Positions 19,354 through 28,804 of a stretch of 64,000 bases of DNA are shown one piece after another. Within the stretch, counting starts at the first letter, position 1, and the number at the start of each line of letters is the position of its first letter. Source of the DNA: Actinomycetota bacterium. Lineage in GTDB: Bacteria; Actinomycetota; Actinomycetes; Streptosporangiales; Streptosporangiaceae. The stretch spans positions 1,876-65,875 of the forward strand of contig JAJPIV010000048.1 in NCBI GenBank assembly GCA_021324595.1. The letters are read 5' to 3'. The notes beneath the pieces were generated by a model. The model made no database searches, was not told where the DNA came from, and was given only the letters and a program-made list of their open reading frames with translations. Made by a program: the position numbers and the translations under genes.

Positions 19354-20948
19354 CGGGACCCCCGCTCCGCGACGTACTCGGCGACCCGGCGGCGCTGGAT
19401 CTTGCCGGTGGCGGTGCGCGGGATCTCGGGCAGCAGGTGGACGACCGACGGCACCTTGAACGGCGCCAGCGTGCGCCGGCAGTGCTCGATCAGCGCATGG
19501 GGATCCGCGTCGCCGTGCAGCGTGGCAGCGGCGCCGACCCGCTCACCGTACTTCTCGTCCGGGATGCCGAAGCAGACCGCCTCGCGCACGGCCGGATGAG
19601 ACAGCAGCGCCTCCTCCACCTCCGCAGGCGAGATGTTCTCGCCGCCGCGGATGATCATCTCCTTGATCCGCCCCTCCAGGTACAGGTAGCCGTCGCGCAG
19701 CACGCCGCGGTCCCCGGTCCGGAACCAGTCGCCGAAGAACGCCTCCGCGTTGGCAGCCGGGTTGTTCACGTACCCGGACATGACGCCCGGGCCGCGGACC
19801 ACCACCTCGCCTGCCTCGCCGGGGGGGAGCAGGGTCCCCTCCCTGTCGGCGATCGCGATCTGGGTGCCGGTCGGCACCCCGACGGAGCCGGGGAGGTGCG
19901 GGGCCGGCGGCAGCGGGTTCGACGCCATCTGGTGGCTCGCCTCGGTCATGCCGTACGCCTCGAGCATGGGCACGCCGTACTCGCGCTCGGCCCGCTCCAG
20001 CAGCGCAGGCGAGAGCGCCGAGCTGCACGAGCGGGTGAACCGCAGCGTCCCGGGCGGGCCGCCGTCGTCGGCCGCGTCGAGGATGATCCGGTGCAGCGTG
20101 GGCCCGGCCGACAGCCAGGTCACGCCGAGGCCGCGGGCCTGCGGCCAGAACCGGCGCGGGGTGAACCGCCGGGGCACGACCACCGCGCCGCCGGCCGCGA
20201 GCGCGGCGAACGACGAGGCGACCAGGCCGTGGACGTGGAAGAGCGGCATCACGCAGAACGAGACGTCCGACGGCCCGAGCCGGTAGTGCGCCGCGATCGT
20301 CCGCGCCGATGCCATGAGGTTGCGCTGCCGCAGCGGCACCTGCTTGGGCCGGCTGGTCGTCCCGCTGGTGTGCAAGATCAGCGCAACGTCGTCCGGCTCG
20401 CCGAGCGCGGCGGCCGCCCGCGGCGCGACCGGCTGCCCGCCGCCCCCGCAGGCGACCAGCGTGGCGGGCTCGGTGCCGCCGGAGGCGCGCACCGACAGCA
20501 GCGGGAGCCCGGCCGCGGCCGCCGCCCCGGCCGCGGCGGCCAGCCCCGTGGCCGGGACGAGCATCAGCCGGGGCGCTATGTCCTCCAGGTAGAAGCCGAA
20601 CTCGCTGGCGGTGTAGGCCGGGTTGAGCGGGGCGGCCGCCGCGCCCAGGCTCGTGATCGCCAGCAGCACCTGGATCACGTCCGGGCCGTTCGGCAGCGAG
20701 AACGCGACCCGGTCCCCGCGCCGCACTCCGGCGGCGGCGAGCTGGCCGGCCAGGCGGGCGACCCGCGCGGCGACCTCGGCGAAGCTGAGGACGTGGCCGT
20801 CCTCGCCGGTGATGATCGCCGGGGCGGCCGGGTCCGGCTGGTCGAGGATCGCGGCGAGCGCTTCCCCGGCGGAACTCACCCCCTCCGCGGCCTCGCCGGG
20901 CGCCCCGCCGGGCGGGGCGCAGCCCGCCCTGCCGCTCGCGTCCGCCAT
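19350..20948 (-). CDS. AMP-dependent acyl-CoA synthetase/ligase
   Basis: LHTSGTTSRPK, YGMTE, WFRTGDRG and PRTATGKIQRR motifs. ATG 20948 is preceded by GGGAGG. Confidence 0.85.
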   Translation of the reverse strand: MADASGRAGCAPPGGAPGEAAEGVSSAGEALAAILDQPDPAAPAIITGEDGHVLSFAEVAARVARLAGQLAAAGVRRGDRVAFSLPNGPDVIQVLLAITSLGAAAAPLNPAYTASEFGFYLEDIAPRLMLVPATGLAAAAGAAAAAGLPLLSVRASGGTEPATLVACGGGGQPVAPRAAAALGEPDDVALILHTSGTTSRPKQVPLRQRNLMASARTIAAHYRLGPSDVSFCVMPLFHVHGLVASSFAALAAGGAVVVPRRFTPRRFWPQARGLGVTWLSAGPTLHRIILDAADDGGPPGTLRFTRSCSSALSPALLERAEREYGVPMLEAYGMTEASHQMASNPLPPAPHLPGSVGVPTGTQIAIADREGTLLPPGEAGEVVVRGPGVMSGYVNNPAANAEAFFGDWFRTGDRGVLRDGYLYLEGRIKEMIIRGGENISPAEVEEALLSHPAVREAVCFGIPDEKYGERVGAAATLHGDADPHALIEHCRRTLAPFKVPSVVHLLPEIPRTATGKIQRRRVAEYVAERGSR

Positions 20949-21099
20949 GGTCGCCTCCCATCGCTGCTTCCGCCGGTACCTGCTAGTCTGCCCGGTTCTG
21001 CCCGACCGCGACAGCCTGGGTCCGCCCGGCCCGGGCGGCCCGGCACGGTGCCCCGCCCGCCACGCGCGCCTGCTGGCACAGGGCAAGGAGCCGGCCGCC

Positions 21100-22722
21100 T
21101 CACCGGCCGTCCGCCGTGAACGCCGCCGGCCACCTGCCGGGTGATCGCCGCGCGCGCCAGGCCAGCTCGGCCTCGCCGATCGGGGTGGCCGGCGGGCCGA
21201 GCACGAACGGCCAGATCTCCTCGGCGATCCCCCGCCAGTCCGCGGTCGCCCCCAGCTCGCCGAGCACGGCGAACAGGCCCAGGTTGATCCGCTGGAGCAC
21301 CACGTACGAGCGCGGGATGCTCACGTACGGCGCCACCGGGCTGCGCATGTCGAAGAACCGGCGCACCACCGCCGTGGCGTACTCCGGCGTCACCGTCACC
21401 GGCCCGCGCTCGCGGATCATCGCGTAGAACACCGCCAGGTGCTCGACCACCACCTCGGTGCTGACCGGGGCGCCCAAGGCCAGGAACCCGGCCGTCTCCA
21501 TCGCGCGCCGGAAGCCCTCGGGGTCGCCGCGGACGCACAGGTTCCTGGCCATCGCCGCGAGCGGCAGCAGCTCGGCGGCGGTGAAGTGCTTCATCAGCCC
21601 GAAGTCCAGGAACGTGACCTGCCCGTCCCCGTGGAACAGGTAGTTCCCCGGATGCGGGTCGCCGTTGAACGCCCGCAGCTCGTACAGGCTGCGGAAGACG
21701 AACCGGTAGATCGTCTCGGCGGCCTGGTCCCGCTCGCGCTGCGGCCAGCCGAGCACGTCGGCGAACCGGGCGCCCACCGCGAGCTCGCTGGTCACCACCC
21801 GGCGCGCGGACAGCTCCGGCACGATCGCCGGCACCCGGATCGTCGGGTGCCCGGCGTAGTACCGCGCCATCAGGGACTGGCTCGCCGCCTCCCGGCGGTA
21901 GTCGATCTCCTCGCCGATCCGCTCGCGCAGCTCGGCGATCAGCCCGTCCACGTCCTGGCTCGGCGCGGTGATCCGCAGCATCCGGCGCAGCAGCGCGACG
22001 TTGCGCAGGTCGGCGGCGATCGCCTCGGCGATGCCCGGGTACTGGACCTTCACCGCGACCGCCCGGCCATCGTGGGTGATCGCCCGGTGCACCTGCCCGA
22101 TCGAGGCGGCCGCGATCGGCTCGCCGTCCCACTCGGCGAACGCCCGCTCCGGCGGCGCGCCCAGCTCCTCCTCGACCACCCCCGCGGCGAGCGCGGCGCT
22201 CATCGGCGGCACGCTGTCCTGCAGCCGCGCCAGCGTCCGCCGCACGCCGGGCGCGAGTCCCTCGTCCAGGTAGCTGGCCATCTGGCCGATCTTCATCAGG
22301 ACGCCCTTCATCGCGCCGAGCGTCTGCGCGACGTCCTCGGCGGTCTGCAGCGCGAGGTCCTGGCGCAGGCGCTGGCGCTGCTCCCCCGCGGCCGCGAACA
22401 GCCGGGGCGCGCTCGCCGCGTACCGGGCGCCGCCCCGGGCGGCCAGCCGCAGGGCGGCCGCGCCGCGCCGCAACCGCAGGCTGCCGCTTCCCGTCGGGGC
22501 GCTTCCCGTCGGGGCGCTTCCCGGCGGTGCGCTCCCCGGGCTGCCGCCCGGCCGGCCGGGAACATGCCAGGGCCCGGCCGGCCGGCCCGCCGCCCGCCCG
22601 CGCCATGCCGCCACCCCGGCCCGGCCGGCGCCGCGAGCCGCCCGCCCCCGGGCGCGCAGGCCAAGGATCAGGAGGACAAGCCCCGCTCCGGCGCCGGCCC
22701 GGGCAAGCAGCCGCCGCCTCAC
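21100..22722 (-). CDS. ABC1/AarF/UbiB-family atypical kinase
   Basis: KIGQMASY, AAASIGQVHRA and VAVKVQYPG motifs. Start 22722 overlaps the upstream stop (ATGA). Confidence 0.8.
   Translation of the reverse strand: MRRRLLARAGAGAGLVLLILGLRARGRAARGAGRAGVAAWRGRAAGRPAGPWHVPGRPGGSPGSAPPGSAPTGSAPTGSGSLRLRRGAAALRLAARGGARYAASAPRLFAAAGEQRQRLRQDLALQTAEDVAQTLGAMKGVLMKIGQMASYLDEGLAPGVRRTLARLQDSVPPMSAALAAGVVEEELGAPPERAFAEWDGEPIAAASIGQVHRAITHDGRAVAVKVQYPGIAEAIAADLRNVALLRRMLRITAPSQDVDGLIAELRERIGEEIDYRREAASQSLMARYYAGHPTIRVPAIVPELSARRVVTSELAVGARFADVLGWPQRERDQAAETIYRFVFRSLYELRAFNGDPHPGNYLFHGDGQVTFLDFGLMKHFTAAELLPLAAMARNLCVRGDPEGFRRAMETAGFLALGAPVSTEVVVEHLAVFYAMIRERGPVTVTPEYATAVVRRFFDMRSPVAPYVSIPRSYVVLQRINLGLFAVLGELGATADWRGIAEEIWPFVLGPPATPIGEAELAWRARRSPGRWPAAFTADGR
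22486..22530. repeat. 15-bp tandem repeat x3 (GCTTCCCGTCGGGGC; third copy has 2 mismatches) inside the ABC1 kinase N-terminus
   Basis: Read directly. Encodes GSAPTGSAPTGS in frame. Confidence 0.85.
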
Positions 22723-23639
22723 GACTGGCGGGCGGCGCGGACCCGGGCGGCGATCCGCTGCCGCTGCTCAAGCACGCCGGGCTCGCCGAGGAACACCGCG
22801 TCCAGCACTCCCAGCGCCTGCCGGATCTCGGCCCGGCGCTGCTCGGTGAGCGCCTGCGCCCGGTACCCGTACATCGCGCGGGCCCACTCGGGCAGGGCCG
22901 CGACGGCCCCGTCGCCGATGTCCCGCCAGATCCCGGCGATCTCCTCGTCCAGGCCCGGCGGGTCGAGCAGGTAGGACATCGACTCGGCCGCGGCGGGAGT
23001 GCGGCGCAGGGCCGGCCGCGCCGACTCCAGGTACGCCGCGAGCTCGGCCGCGTTCGCCGGGGCCTTGCCCCGCGGCACCCCGACCAGCTCGGCCGCCACC
23101 ACCATCTCGGCCACGTAGCGGTCGGCGTCCGCGGCCGGCAGCGCGGTGCCGAACAGCGCGCGCGCCGCGATCACGGAGTCGACGAGGGCGGCGTGGACCC
23201 ACAGCAGCAGTGCGGGATCGCTCGCCGCGTAGCGCTGGCCGGTCACCGGATCGGTGCCGCGCACGTGCTCGTGGATCCGGCGCACGCGCTCGGCGGCCCG
23301 GTCCGCGCTGGCCCGGTCGCCGAAGCTCACCGTCGCCAGGTATGCCGACGTCGCCGCGAGCCGCCCGGCCGGGTCCTCGCGCCAGCCGCTGTGCTGGTCC
23401 ACCCCGGCCATGGCCAGGGGATGGAGCGCCTGGAGCAGCAGCGCGCGCAGGCCGGCCACCGGAGCGGACATATCGCCCGCCGTGCGCCAGGTGACGCTGG
23501 ACGGCCCGAAGTACCCGTCATCGGCTGGGTCCGGCGGCACCGCGGCGACCTGAGCCGCGGCCGACCGGGCGACCAGCCCGGCCGCCCCGGCGTACCGGCC
23601 GGGCCCGTTCGCCTCGTGGAAGGCGGCGTGCGCGCTCAT
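22719..23639 (-). CDS. MpaB/DUF2236-family oxygenase-like protein
   Basis: FGPSSVTWR...LLLQALHPLAMAGV...RRIHEHVRG pattern typical of DUF2236. Confidence 0.7.
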   Translation of the reverse strand: MSAHAAFHEANGPGRYAGAAGLVARSAAAQVAAVPPDPADDGYFGPSSVTWRTAGDMSAPVAGLRALLLQALHPLAMAGVDQHSGWREDPAGRLAATSAYLATVSFGDRASADRAAERVRRIHEHVRGTDPVTGQRYAASDPALLLWVHAALVDSVIAARALFGTALPAADADRYVAEMVVAAELVGVPRGKAPANAAELAAYLESARPALRRTPAAAESMSYLLDPPGLDEEIAGIWRDIGDGAVAALPEWARAMYGYRAQALTEQRRAEIRQALGVLDAVFLGEPGVLEQRQRIAARVRAARQS

Positions 23640-23667
23640 GCCATCAACGTACCTGCGGTCCGGCCGC

Positions 23668-24282
23668 TCACGCCTTGACGGCGACGCCCTCGTACGTGTA
23701 GCCGAGGAAGCGGGGGCCGCTCATGTAGTAGGTGTCCAGGCTGGCGATCCGCAGGCCCGCCGCGGCGATCAGCCGGCCGATCGGCCGGTCCAGGTTGCAG
23801 CCGCCGGCCATCCTGCGCTGGACGGGGTTGAGCCGGCGCTGCGCCCGGGCGACCCTCGCGTCCGGCGCGAGGCCGTGCTCGGCGAAGCGCAGCGTCCCGC
23901 CGGGGCGCAGCACCCGCCGGATCTCGGCGAGCGCGGCGGCGGCGTCGGGGACCGTGCACAGCGTCCAGGTGCTCAGCACGTGGTCCGCGCTGGCGTCGCC
24001 GAGCGGCAGGCGCCCGGCGTCCAGGCCGACGAACTCGACCGGGGCCGGCGAGGCCGCGACCCGGCTGGCCGCCAGCCTGCGTCCCACCGTGGCCGGGTCG
24101 ACCGCGCGGACCCGGCGGACTCCCGGCGGGTAGTGCGGGAGGTTCCGCCCCGAGCCGAACCCGATCTCGACGACCTCTCCGGCCAGCCCGGAGGCGGCGC
24201 GCGCCCGGATGCGCTCGATCTCGCCGCCCCGCATGAGCAGGTCGATGGCCCGGGGCAGGATCTGGTCGGCGTACAGGCCCAC
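23668..24282 (-). CDS. Class I SAM-dependent methyltransferase
   Basis: VVEIGFGSGRN (motif I). Trimmed to GTG 24282 (VGLYADQILPR...). Confidence 0.7.
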   Translation of the reverse strand: MGLYADQILPRAIDLLMRGGEIERIRARAASGLAGEVVEIGFGSGRNLPHYPPGVRRVRAVDPATVGRRLAASRVAASPAPVEFVGLDAGRLPLGDASADHVLSTWTLCTVPDAAAALAEIRRVLRPGGTLRFAEHGLAPDARVARAQRRLNPVQRRMAGGCNLDRPIGRLIAAAGLRIASLDTYYMSGPRFLGYTYEGVAVKA

Positions 24283-24385
24283 GCCGCCAGTCTGGCACGG
24301 CCCGGCCGGTGCCCCCGACTGCCCGCCGCGCGACCCGGCCGGGCCGCTCCCGGGCGCCGGGCCTGCCGCCGGGGCCGCCCGCCGC

Positions 24386-25006
24386 CTACTCGCCGCCCCG
24401 CGCCCCCGGCCCGGCCTCCGGGAGCGCCGGCGAGAGTATCCACAGCACCCGGGCCGGCCCGGCGCCGGGCGGGACGCGCCAGGCGTGGCGCGTGCCCGCC
24501 GGGAACGTGATCGCGTCCCCGGTGCCCAGCGCATGCGCCTCGCCGGCCACCTCGATCACCATCTGCCCGTCGAGCATGAACACGAACTCCACGTCGACCG
24601 GGAGCGCGTACGGCTCGTCTCCGCTGCCGCCGCCCGGCTCGATCTCGCTCAGGATCGCCTGCACCCGCTTCTCGCCGCCCGGCGTGAGCAGGTACTCCCG
24701 GATCCCGGTACCGCCGAAGTTGATCGGCGGGTACTGCCCGCTCCGGACCACCTCGCCCTTGGCGTCCTGGAACAGCGCGGCCACGGAGATCCGCAGCGCA
24801 TCGCACAGCCGCATCAGCGATGCAACGGACACGCTGGTCAGGTCGCGCTCGAGCTTGGACAGGAAGCCCTTGGTCAGGCCGCTCTCGGCGGCCACCTCCG
24901 CGATCGTCTTCCGGGCGGCCAGCCGCGCGGCGCGCAGGTGCGCGCCGATCCGCGGCGCATGCCCCGCGGCGCCGTCCCTGTCCTGCCTGTCCTCCCCGGC
25001 GGGCAT
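24386..25006 (-). CDS. XRE-family regulator with C-terminal cupin domain
   Basis: HTH (IGAHLRAARLAARKTIAEVAAESGLTKGFLSKLERD) plus a cupin segment (GDAITFPAGTRHAW). Confidence 0.85.
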   Translation of the reverse strand: MPAGEDRQDRDGAAGHAPRIGAHLRAARLAARKTIAEVAAESGLTKGFLSKLERDLTSVSVASLMRLCDALRISVAALFQDAKGEVVRSGQYPPINFGGTGIREYLLTPGGEKRVQAILSEIEPGGGSGDEPYALPVDVEFVFMLDGQMVIEVAGEAHALGTGDAITFPAGTRHAWRVPPGAGPARVLWILSPALPEAGPGARGGE

Positions 25007-25087
25007 GGGCCACCCTCCTCCCGGCCGGCGCGGCGATCACGGGCCATCCCCTCAGGCATACCACAGGCGCCCGCAGGGAAACGTGTG

Positions 25088-25116
25088 TTGACAATCAGGA
25101 AACTTCCGGGCACATT
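25088..25116 (+). promoter_or_regulatory. Candidate promoter TTGACA-N17-CACATT for the NCS1/ureohydrolase genes
   Basis: Perfect -35 hexamer in GC-rich DNA, about 55 nt upstream of ATG 25169. Confidence 0.35.
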
Positions 25117-25168
25117 CGTCTCACACCCGCCGCGGCGCGGCCGCGCCGCCCCACCCAGGGAGGGCCAC

Positions 25169-26665
25169 ATGGCATCCGCTGCCCGCACGCAGGCGCCGCC
25201 CGAGGGAGCCGAGGGCGCGCTCCTGAGCCAGATCGAGGTTCACTCGATCGACTGGATCCCCGACCCGGAGCGGCATGGCAGGAACTGGCAGCAGGCCATG
25301 CTCTGGTTCCTCGGGAACTTCCAGTACTTCACGATCCCGATCGGCTTCGTCGGCCCCGCCATGGGGCTCTCGCTCGGCTGGTCGATCCTGGCCGGGACGC
25401 TGGGCATCGCGTTCGGCACGCTGTTCATGGCCTTCCACGCGACCCAGGGGCCGGTCTTCGGGCTGCCGCAGATGATCCAGACCAGGGCGCAGCTCGGCTA
25501 CCGCGGCGTCATCGTGGCGCTGTTCGCGACGCTCTTCACCTACCTGGCGTTCAACGTTGCCGACCAGGTGCTGATGAGCCTGGGCCTGCACGACGCGTTC
25601 GGGTGGAACGCGGGCCTGGTCGCGATCGGCACCGCCGTGATCGCGGCCGTCCTGGCGATCTTCGGGTACGACTGGGTGCACCGGGTCTTCCGGGTGCTGC
25701 TGGTCGTCTCGTTCCCGTGCTACCTCATCATCTCCGTCGCGATCCTGCTCGGCGGCGCGGGCGGCCGGGCTCCCGCGCACCCGGGCGGCTTCGTGTTCGC
25801 CGCCTTCATGACGCAGTTCACCGTCGCCGCCGCCTACAACATCACCTATGCTCCGTACGTCTCCGACTACTCACGGTACATGCCCAGGCGGACCTCGCCC
25901 CGCGGCATCATCGCCGCCGTCTTCTTCGGCGCCTCCGGGTCGGCGGTCTGGCTGATCGCGCTGGGCGCGTGGCTGGCCACGCGGCTCGGCGCGACCGACG
26001 GCCTGGTCGGCCTGCTCACCGTCGGCGACAAGGTCGCCGCCCCGCTCGGGTCGGTCACCGCGGCGCTGTCCGCCACGGCGCTCCTGGCGACCATGGGGAT
26101 GAACGCCTACGGCGGAATGCTGAGCGTGCTCACGGCGATCGACTCCTTCCGGAAGGTCAGGACCAGCCGCGCGTGGCGGGCTGTCACGATCGTCGCGCTG
26201 GCGGCCGTCTGGTACCTGCTCGGCCTCGCCTGGAACACCCCGAGCGCGGCCTACGCCGTCCTCGACTCGCTCACGCTCATGCTCTACCTGCTGGTTCCGT
26301 GGACCGCGCTCAACCTGGTCGACTTCTTCTTCGTCCGCCGTGGCCACTACGCGATCACCGAGATCTTCAACCCGTCCGGGGTCTACGGGCGCTGGGGCTG
26401 GCGGGGCCTGGCCGCCTACGTCGCCGGCTTTCTGTGCGAGATCCCGTTCATGGTGATCCTGCCGATCGGCAGCTTCTCCTACACTGGGCCGGTCCCGGCT
26501 CACCTGACCAACGGCGTCGACTACTCCTGGGCCGTCGGCCTGCTCGTCTCCGGCGTGCTCTACCTGGCCCTCTCCCGCTCGCTGGACCTGGCCTCCGAGC
26601 AGGCGGCGATCGAGGCCAGCGAGCGCGAGCTGCGGGCGATCGACGCCGCCGCGGCGGCGGGCTGA
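25169..26665 (+). CDS. NCS1-family (purine-cytosine/allantoin-type) permease
   Basis: 498 aa, about 12 TM segments, N-terminal [16 protein letters not shown] motif. ATG 25169 is preceded by CAGGGAGGG. Confidence 0.85.
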   Translation: MASAARTQAPPEGAEGALLSQIEVHSIDWIPDPERHGRNWQQAMLWFLGNFQYFTIPIGFVGPAMGLSLGWSILAGTLGIAFGTLFMAFHATQGPVFGLPQMIQTRAQLGYRGVIVALFATLFTYLAFNVADQVLMSLGLHDAFGWNAGLVAIGTAVIAAVLAIFGYDWVHRVFRVLLVVSFPCYLIISVAILLGGAGGRAPAHPGGFVFAAFMTQFTVAAAYNITYAPYVSDYSRYMPRRTSPRGIIAAVFFGASGSAVWLIALGAWLATRLGATDGLVGLLTVGDKVAAPLGSVTAALSATALLATMGMNAYGGMLSVLTAIDSFRKVRTSRAWRAVTIVALAAVWYLLGLAWNTPSAAYAVLDSLTLMLYLLVPWTALNLVDFFFVRRGHYAITEIFNPSGVYGRWGWRGLAAYVAGFLCEIPFMVILPIGSFSYTGPVPAHLTNGVDYSWAVGLLVSGVLYLALSRSLDLASEQAAIEASERELRAIDAAAAAG

Positions 26666-26750
26666 GATCGCCAGCGCGGGAGGCCGGCCGCGCCGCGCCC
26701 CGGCCTCGCCGCCGGGCCCCACGGCGCGGGGAAGCCGACCCTGGAGGGAC

Positions 26751-27725
26751 ATGAACGAGCAGGAAGGCCGGATTCTCGCCGGCGAGAACGTCGGCCCCGT
26801 CGACTCCACGCGCGTGCCCAGGTACGCGGGGATCGCGACGTTCGCGCGGCTGCCCCGGATCGACGAGGTGCCCAGCGCCGACGTGGCGGTGCTCGGCGTC
26901 CCGTTCGACAGCGGGGTCACCTACCGGCCCGGCGCCCGGTTCGGCCCGGCGCACATCCGCGAGTCGTCGCGGCTGCTGCGCCCCTACAACCCGGCGCTCG
27001 GCGTCCTGCCGTTCGCCGCCCTCCAGGTGGCCGACGCCGGTGACCTGCCGGTCAACCCGTTCGACATCGCCGAGGCGATCGGCGCGATCGAGCGGGGCGC
27101 GCGGGAGCTGACCGAGCGCGTCCCGCACCTGCTCGCGCTCGGCGGGGACCACACGATCGCGCTGCCCCTGCTGCGGGCGTTCGCCGCGGCGCACGGCCCG
27201 CTCGCCGTGGTCCACTTCGACGCGCACCTGGACACCTGGGACACCTACTTCGGCGCCGCGTACACGCACGGCACGCCATTCCGCCGGGCGTTCGAGGAAG
27301 GGCTGCTCGACCCGTCCGGGTGCGTGCACGTCGGCATCCGGGGTCCCCTGTTCGGCTCCGGCGACCTGGCGCGGGACTCGGCAGTCGGATTCCAGGTGCT
27401 ATCCGCTCCGGAGGCCGGCGACCTCGGCCCGGCCGGCATCGCCGAGCGGATCGCCGCGCGCGTCGGCGACCGGCCGGCCTACGTGTCCCTCGACATCGAC
27501 GTGCTCGACCCCGCGTTCGCGCCGGGCACCGGCACGCCCGAGGCGGGCGGACTGACCAGCCGGGAGCTGCTGGCGGTGCTCCGCACGTTCGCCGGGCTCC
27601 GGCTGGTGGGCGCGGACATAGTCGAGGTGGCACCCGCCTACGACCACGCGCAGATCACCGGCATCGCCGCCGCGCACGCCGGCTTCGAGCTGATCTCCGC
27701 GATCGCCGCCCGGGCGAGCGGGTGA
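26751..27725 (+). CDS. Ureohydrolase (agmatinase / guanidino-acid hydrolase family)
   Basis: All Mn-binding motifs are present: [29 protein letters not shown]. Confidence 0.9.
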   Translation: MNEQEGRILAGENVGPVDSTRVPRYAGIATFARLPRIDEVPSADVAVLGVPFDSGVTYRPGARFGPAHIRESSRLLRPYNPALGVLPFAALQVADAGDLPVNPFDIAEAIGAIERGARELTERVPHLLALGGDHTIALPLLRAFAAAHGPLAVVHFDAHLDTWDTYFGAAYTHGTPFRRAFEEGLLDPSGCVHVGIRGPLFGSGDLARDSAVGFQVLSAPEAGDLGPAGIAERIAARVGDRPAYVSLDIDVLDPAFAPGTGTPEAGGLTSRELLAVLRTFAGLRLVGADIVEVAPAYDHAQITGIAAAHAGFELISAIAARASG

Positions 27726-27809
27726 CGCCGGCGCCGCCGGCGGCCATCGGCCGCGCGCTCCGCCCGCGCCGAGGCGCCTTGGCGCCGACGACCTCGGCGG
27801 CTGGTGCCG

Positions 27810-27881
27810 CGTCTGCAGCGCCTCGGTCTCCGGTTCGGGCAGCACGAGCTTGAGCGCGGCCGAGGTGTCAAGATAGATCAT
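27810..27881 (-). pseudogene. VapC (PIN-domain) toxin remnant, N-terminal ~24 codons only
   Basis: MIYLDTSAALKLVLPEPETEAL is a typical PIN N-terminus. The similarity is lost after about 24 aa. A full PIN domain would run about 235 nt into the ureohydrolase gene. Confidence 0.65.
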
Positions 27882-28170
27882 CAGTACCGCTCGTCGCCGC
27901 GCATCTGGGCAAGAGTGCTGCTGAGCATCAGGCCCTTGTCGCGCTCGCCACGTGGCGGAGCGCGCGGGATCGGTCCCGGATGGGCCGCCGGGATCGCCCT
28001 GCCCTGAGCGATGAGGCGATCGAGCAGCGCGACGCCTGTCGCGGGGCGGCTGGCATGATCCGCGCGACCGGCCGCCCGTGCTCGCTGATGTCCGGCGACT
28101 CGCCGGCCTTGACGCGCTCCAGCACCTTCGCGGTCTGCCGGTTCAGCTCGCTCACGGCCACCGTGGCCAT
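27881..28170 (-). pseudogene. Phd/YefM-type antitoxin with an apparent -1 nt frameshift
   Basis: The N-terminus (MATVAVSELNRQTAKVLERVKAGESPDISEHGRPVARIMPAAP) and C-terminus (TGVALLDRLIAQGRAIPAA...LAQMRGDERY*) are in different frames. They join at the C4 run (plus strand GGGG 28043-28046). The stop overlaps the vapC ATG (TGATG). Confidence 0.65.
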
Positions 28171-28431
28171 GACGTTCATCGTCCCACCAAGTAGTACCAG
28201 GGGCCTGTCGCTCGTCGGCGGCTCCCCGTGATTGGTTCCGGCAGGCGCTGAGCCGCCGCTCACGGCCCGCCCGCGCAGGGCTCGCGCCCGCCCGGGCATC
28301 ACCGCAGCCCGCGGGCGGGCCGTCGCACGCCGGCCACGCCCTGCGGACCCCAGACTCCCGCTCCCGTGACGGCGCGGCGGCGCAGCGCCGCGCCCGGCCC
28401 GCGCGGGGCGCTAGGGACCGCTGCCCCGTTC

Positions 28432-28471
28432 ATAGGTGACAAGATTGACACGTGACTTTCGACTCACCTAT
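28432..28471. promoter_or_regulatory. Inverted repeat ATAGGTGA-N24-TCACCTAT bracketing the arsR-family promoter (candidate operator)
   Basis: 8-bp perfect arms read from the sequence. The right arm overlaps the -10 box. Confidence 0.45.
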
Positions 28472-28474
28472 AGT
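28445..28474 (+). promoter_or_regulatory. Promoter TTGACA-N18-TATAGT; predicted start site at or near GTG 28481 (leaderless)
   Basis: Near-consensus hexamers in an AT-rich patch. 6 nt separate the -10 box from the GTG. Confidence 0.55.
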
Positions 28475-28480
28475 GGTGGC

Positions 28481-28804
28481 GTGCAGGACGACGACCGTGT
28501 CTTCAAGGCGCTGGCCGACCCGACCCGGCGGCTGCTCCTGGACCGGCTCTTCGAGCGCGACGGCCAGACGCTGACCGAGCTCGAGGCGCAGGTCCCGGAG
28601 CTGACCAGGTTCGGCGTGATGCGGCACCTGGCGGTGCTCGAGGAGGCCGGGCTCGTCGTCACCCGCAGGCAGGGCCGTTACAAGCTCCACTTCCTCAACC
28701 CGGTCCCCGTGGCGATGATCGCCGAGCGGTGGCTGGGCAAGTACCGGGAGCGGCATGCGGCGGGCCTGCTGGAACTCAAGGATCACCTGGAGGGATCGAC
28801 ATGA
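28481..28804 (+). CDS. ArsR/SmtB-family transcriptional regulator
   Basis: FKALADPTRRLLLDRL...LTELEAQVPELTRFGVMRHLAVLEEAGLV winged HTH. The codons between the track start (28436) and 28481 have low GC3. Confidence 0.85.
   Translation: MQDDDRVFKALADPTRRLLLDRLFERDGQTLTELEAQVPELTRFGVMRHLAVLEEAGLVVTRRQGRYKLHFLNPVPVAMIAERWLGKYRERHAAGLLELKDHLEGST

Noticed and set aside
27399-27881. 160-aa track ORF as an intact VapC toxin.
   Set aside because: Only the first ~24 aa look like a PIN domain. The remainder is low-complexity sequence overlapping the well-supported ureohydrolase gene on the other strand.
28436-28480. Track start (GTG 28436) for the ArsR regulator.
   Set aside because: The upstream codons have low GC3 and coincide with the TTGACA/TATAGT promoter elements and the inverted repeat. 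GTG 28481 fits a leaderless start.
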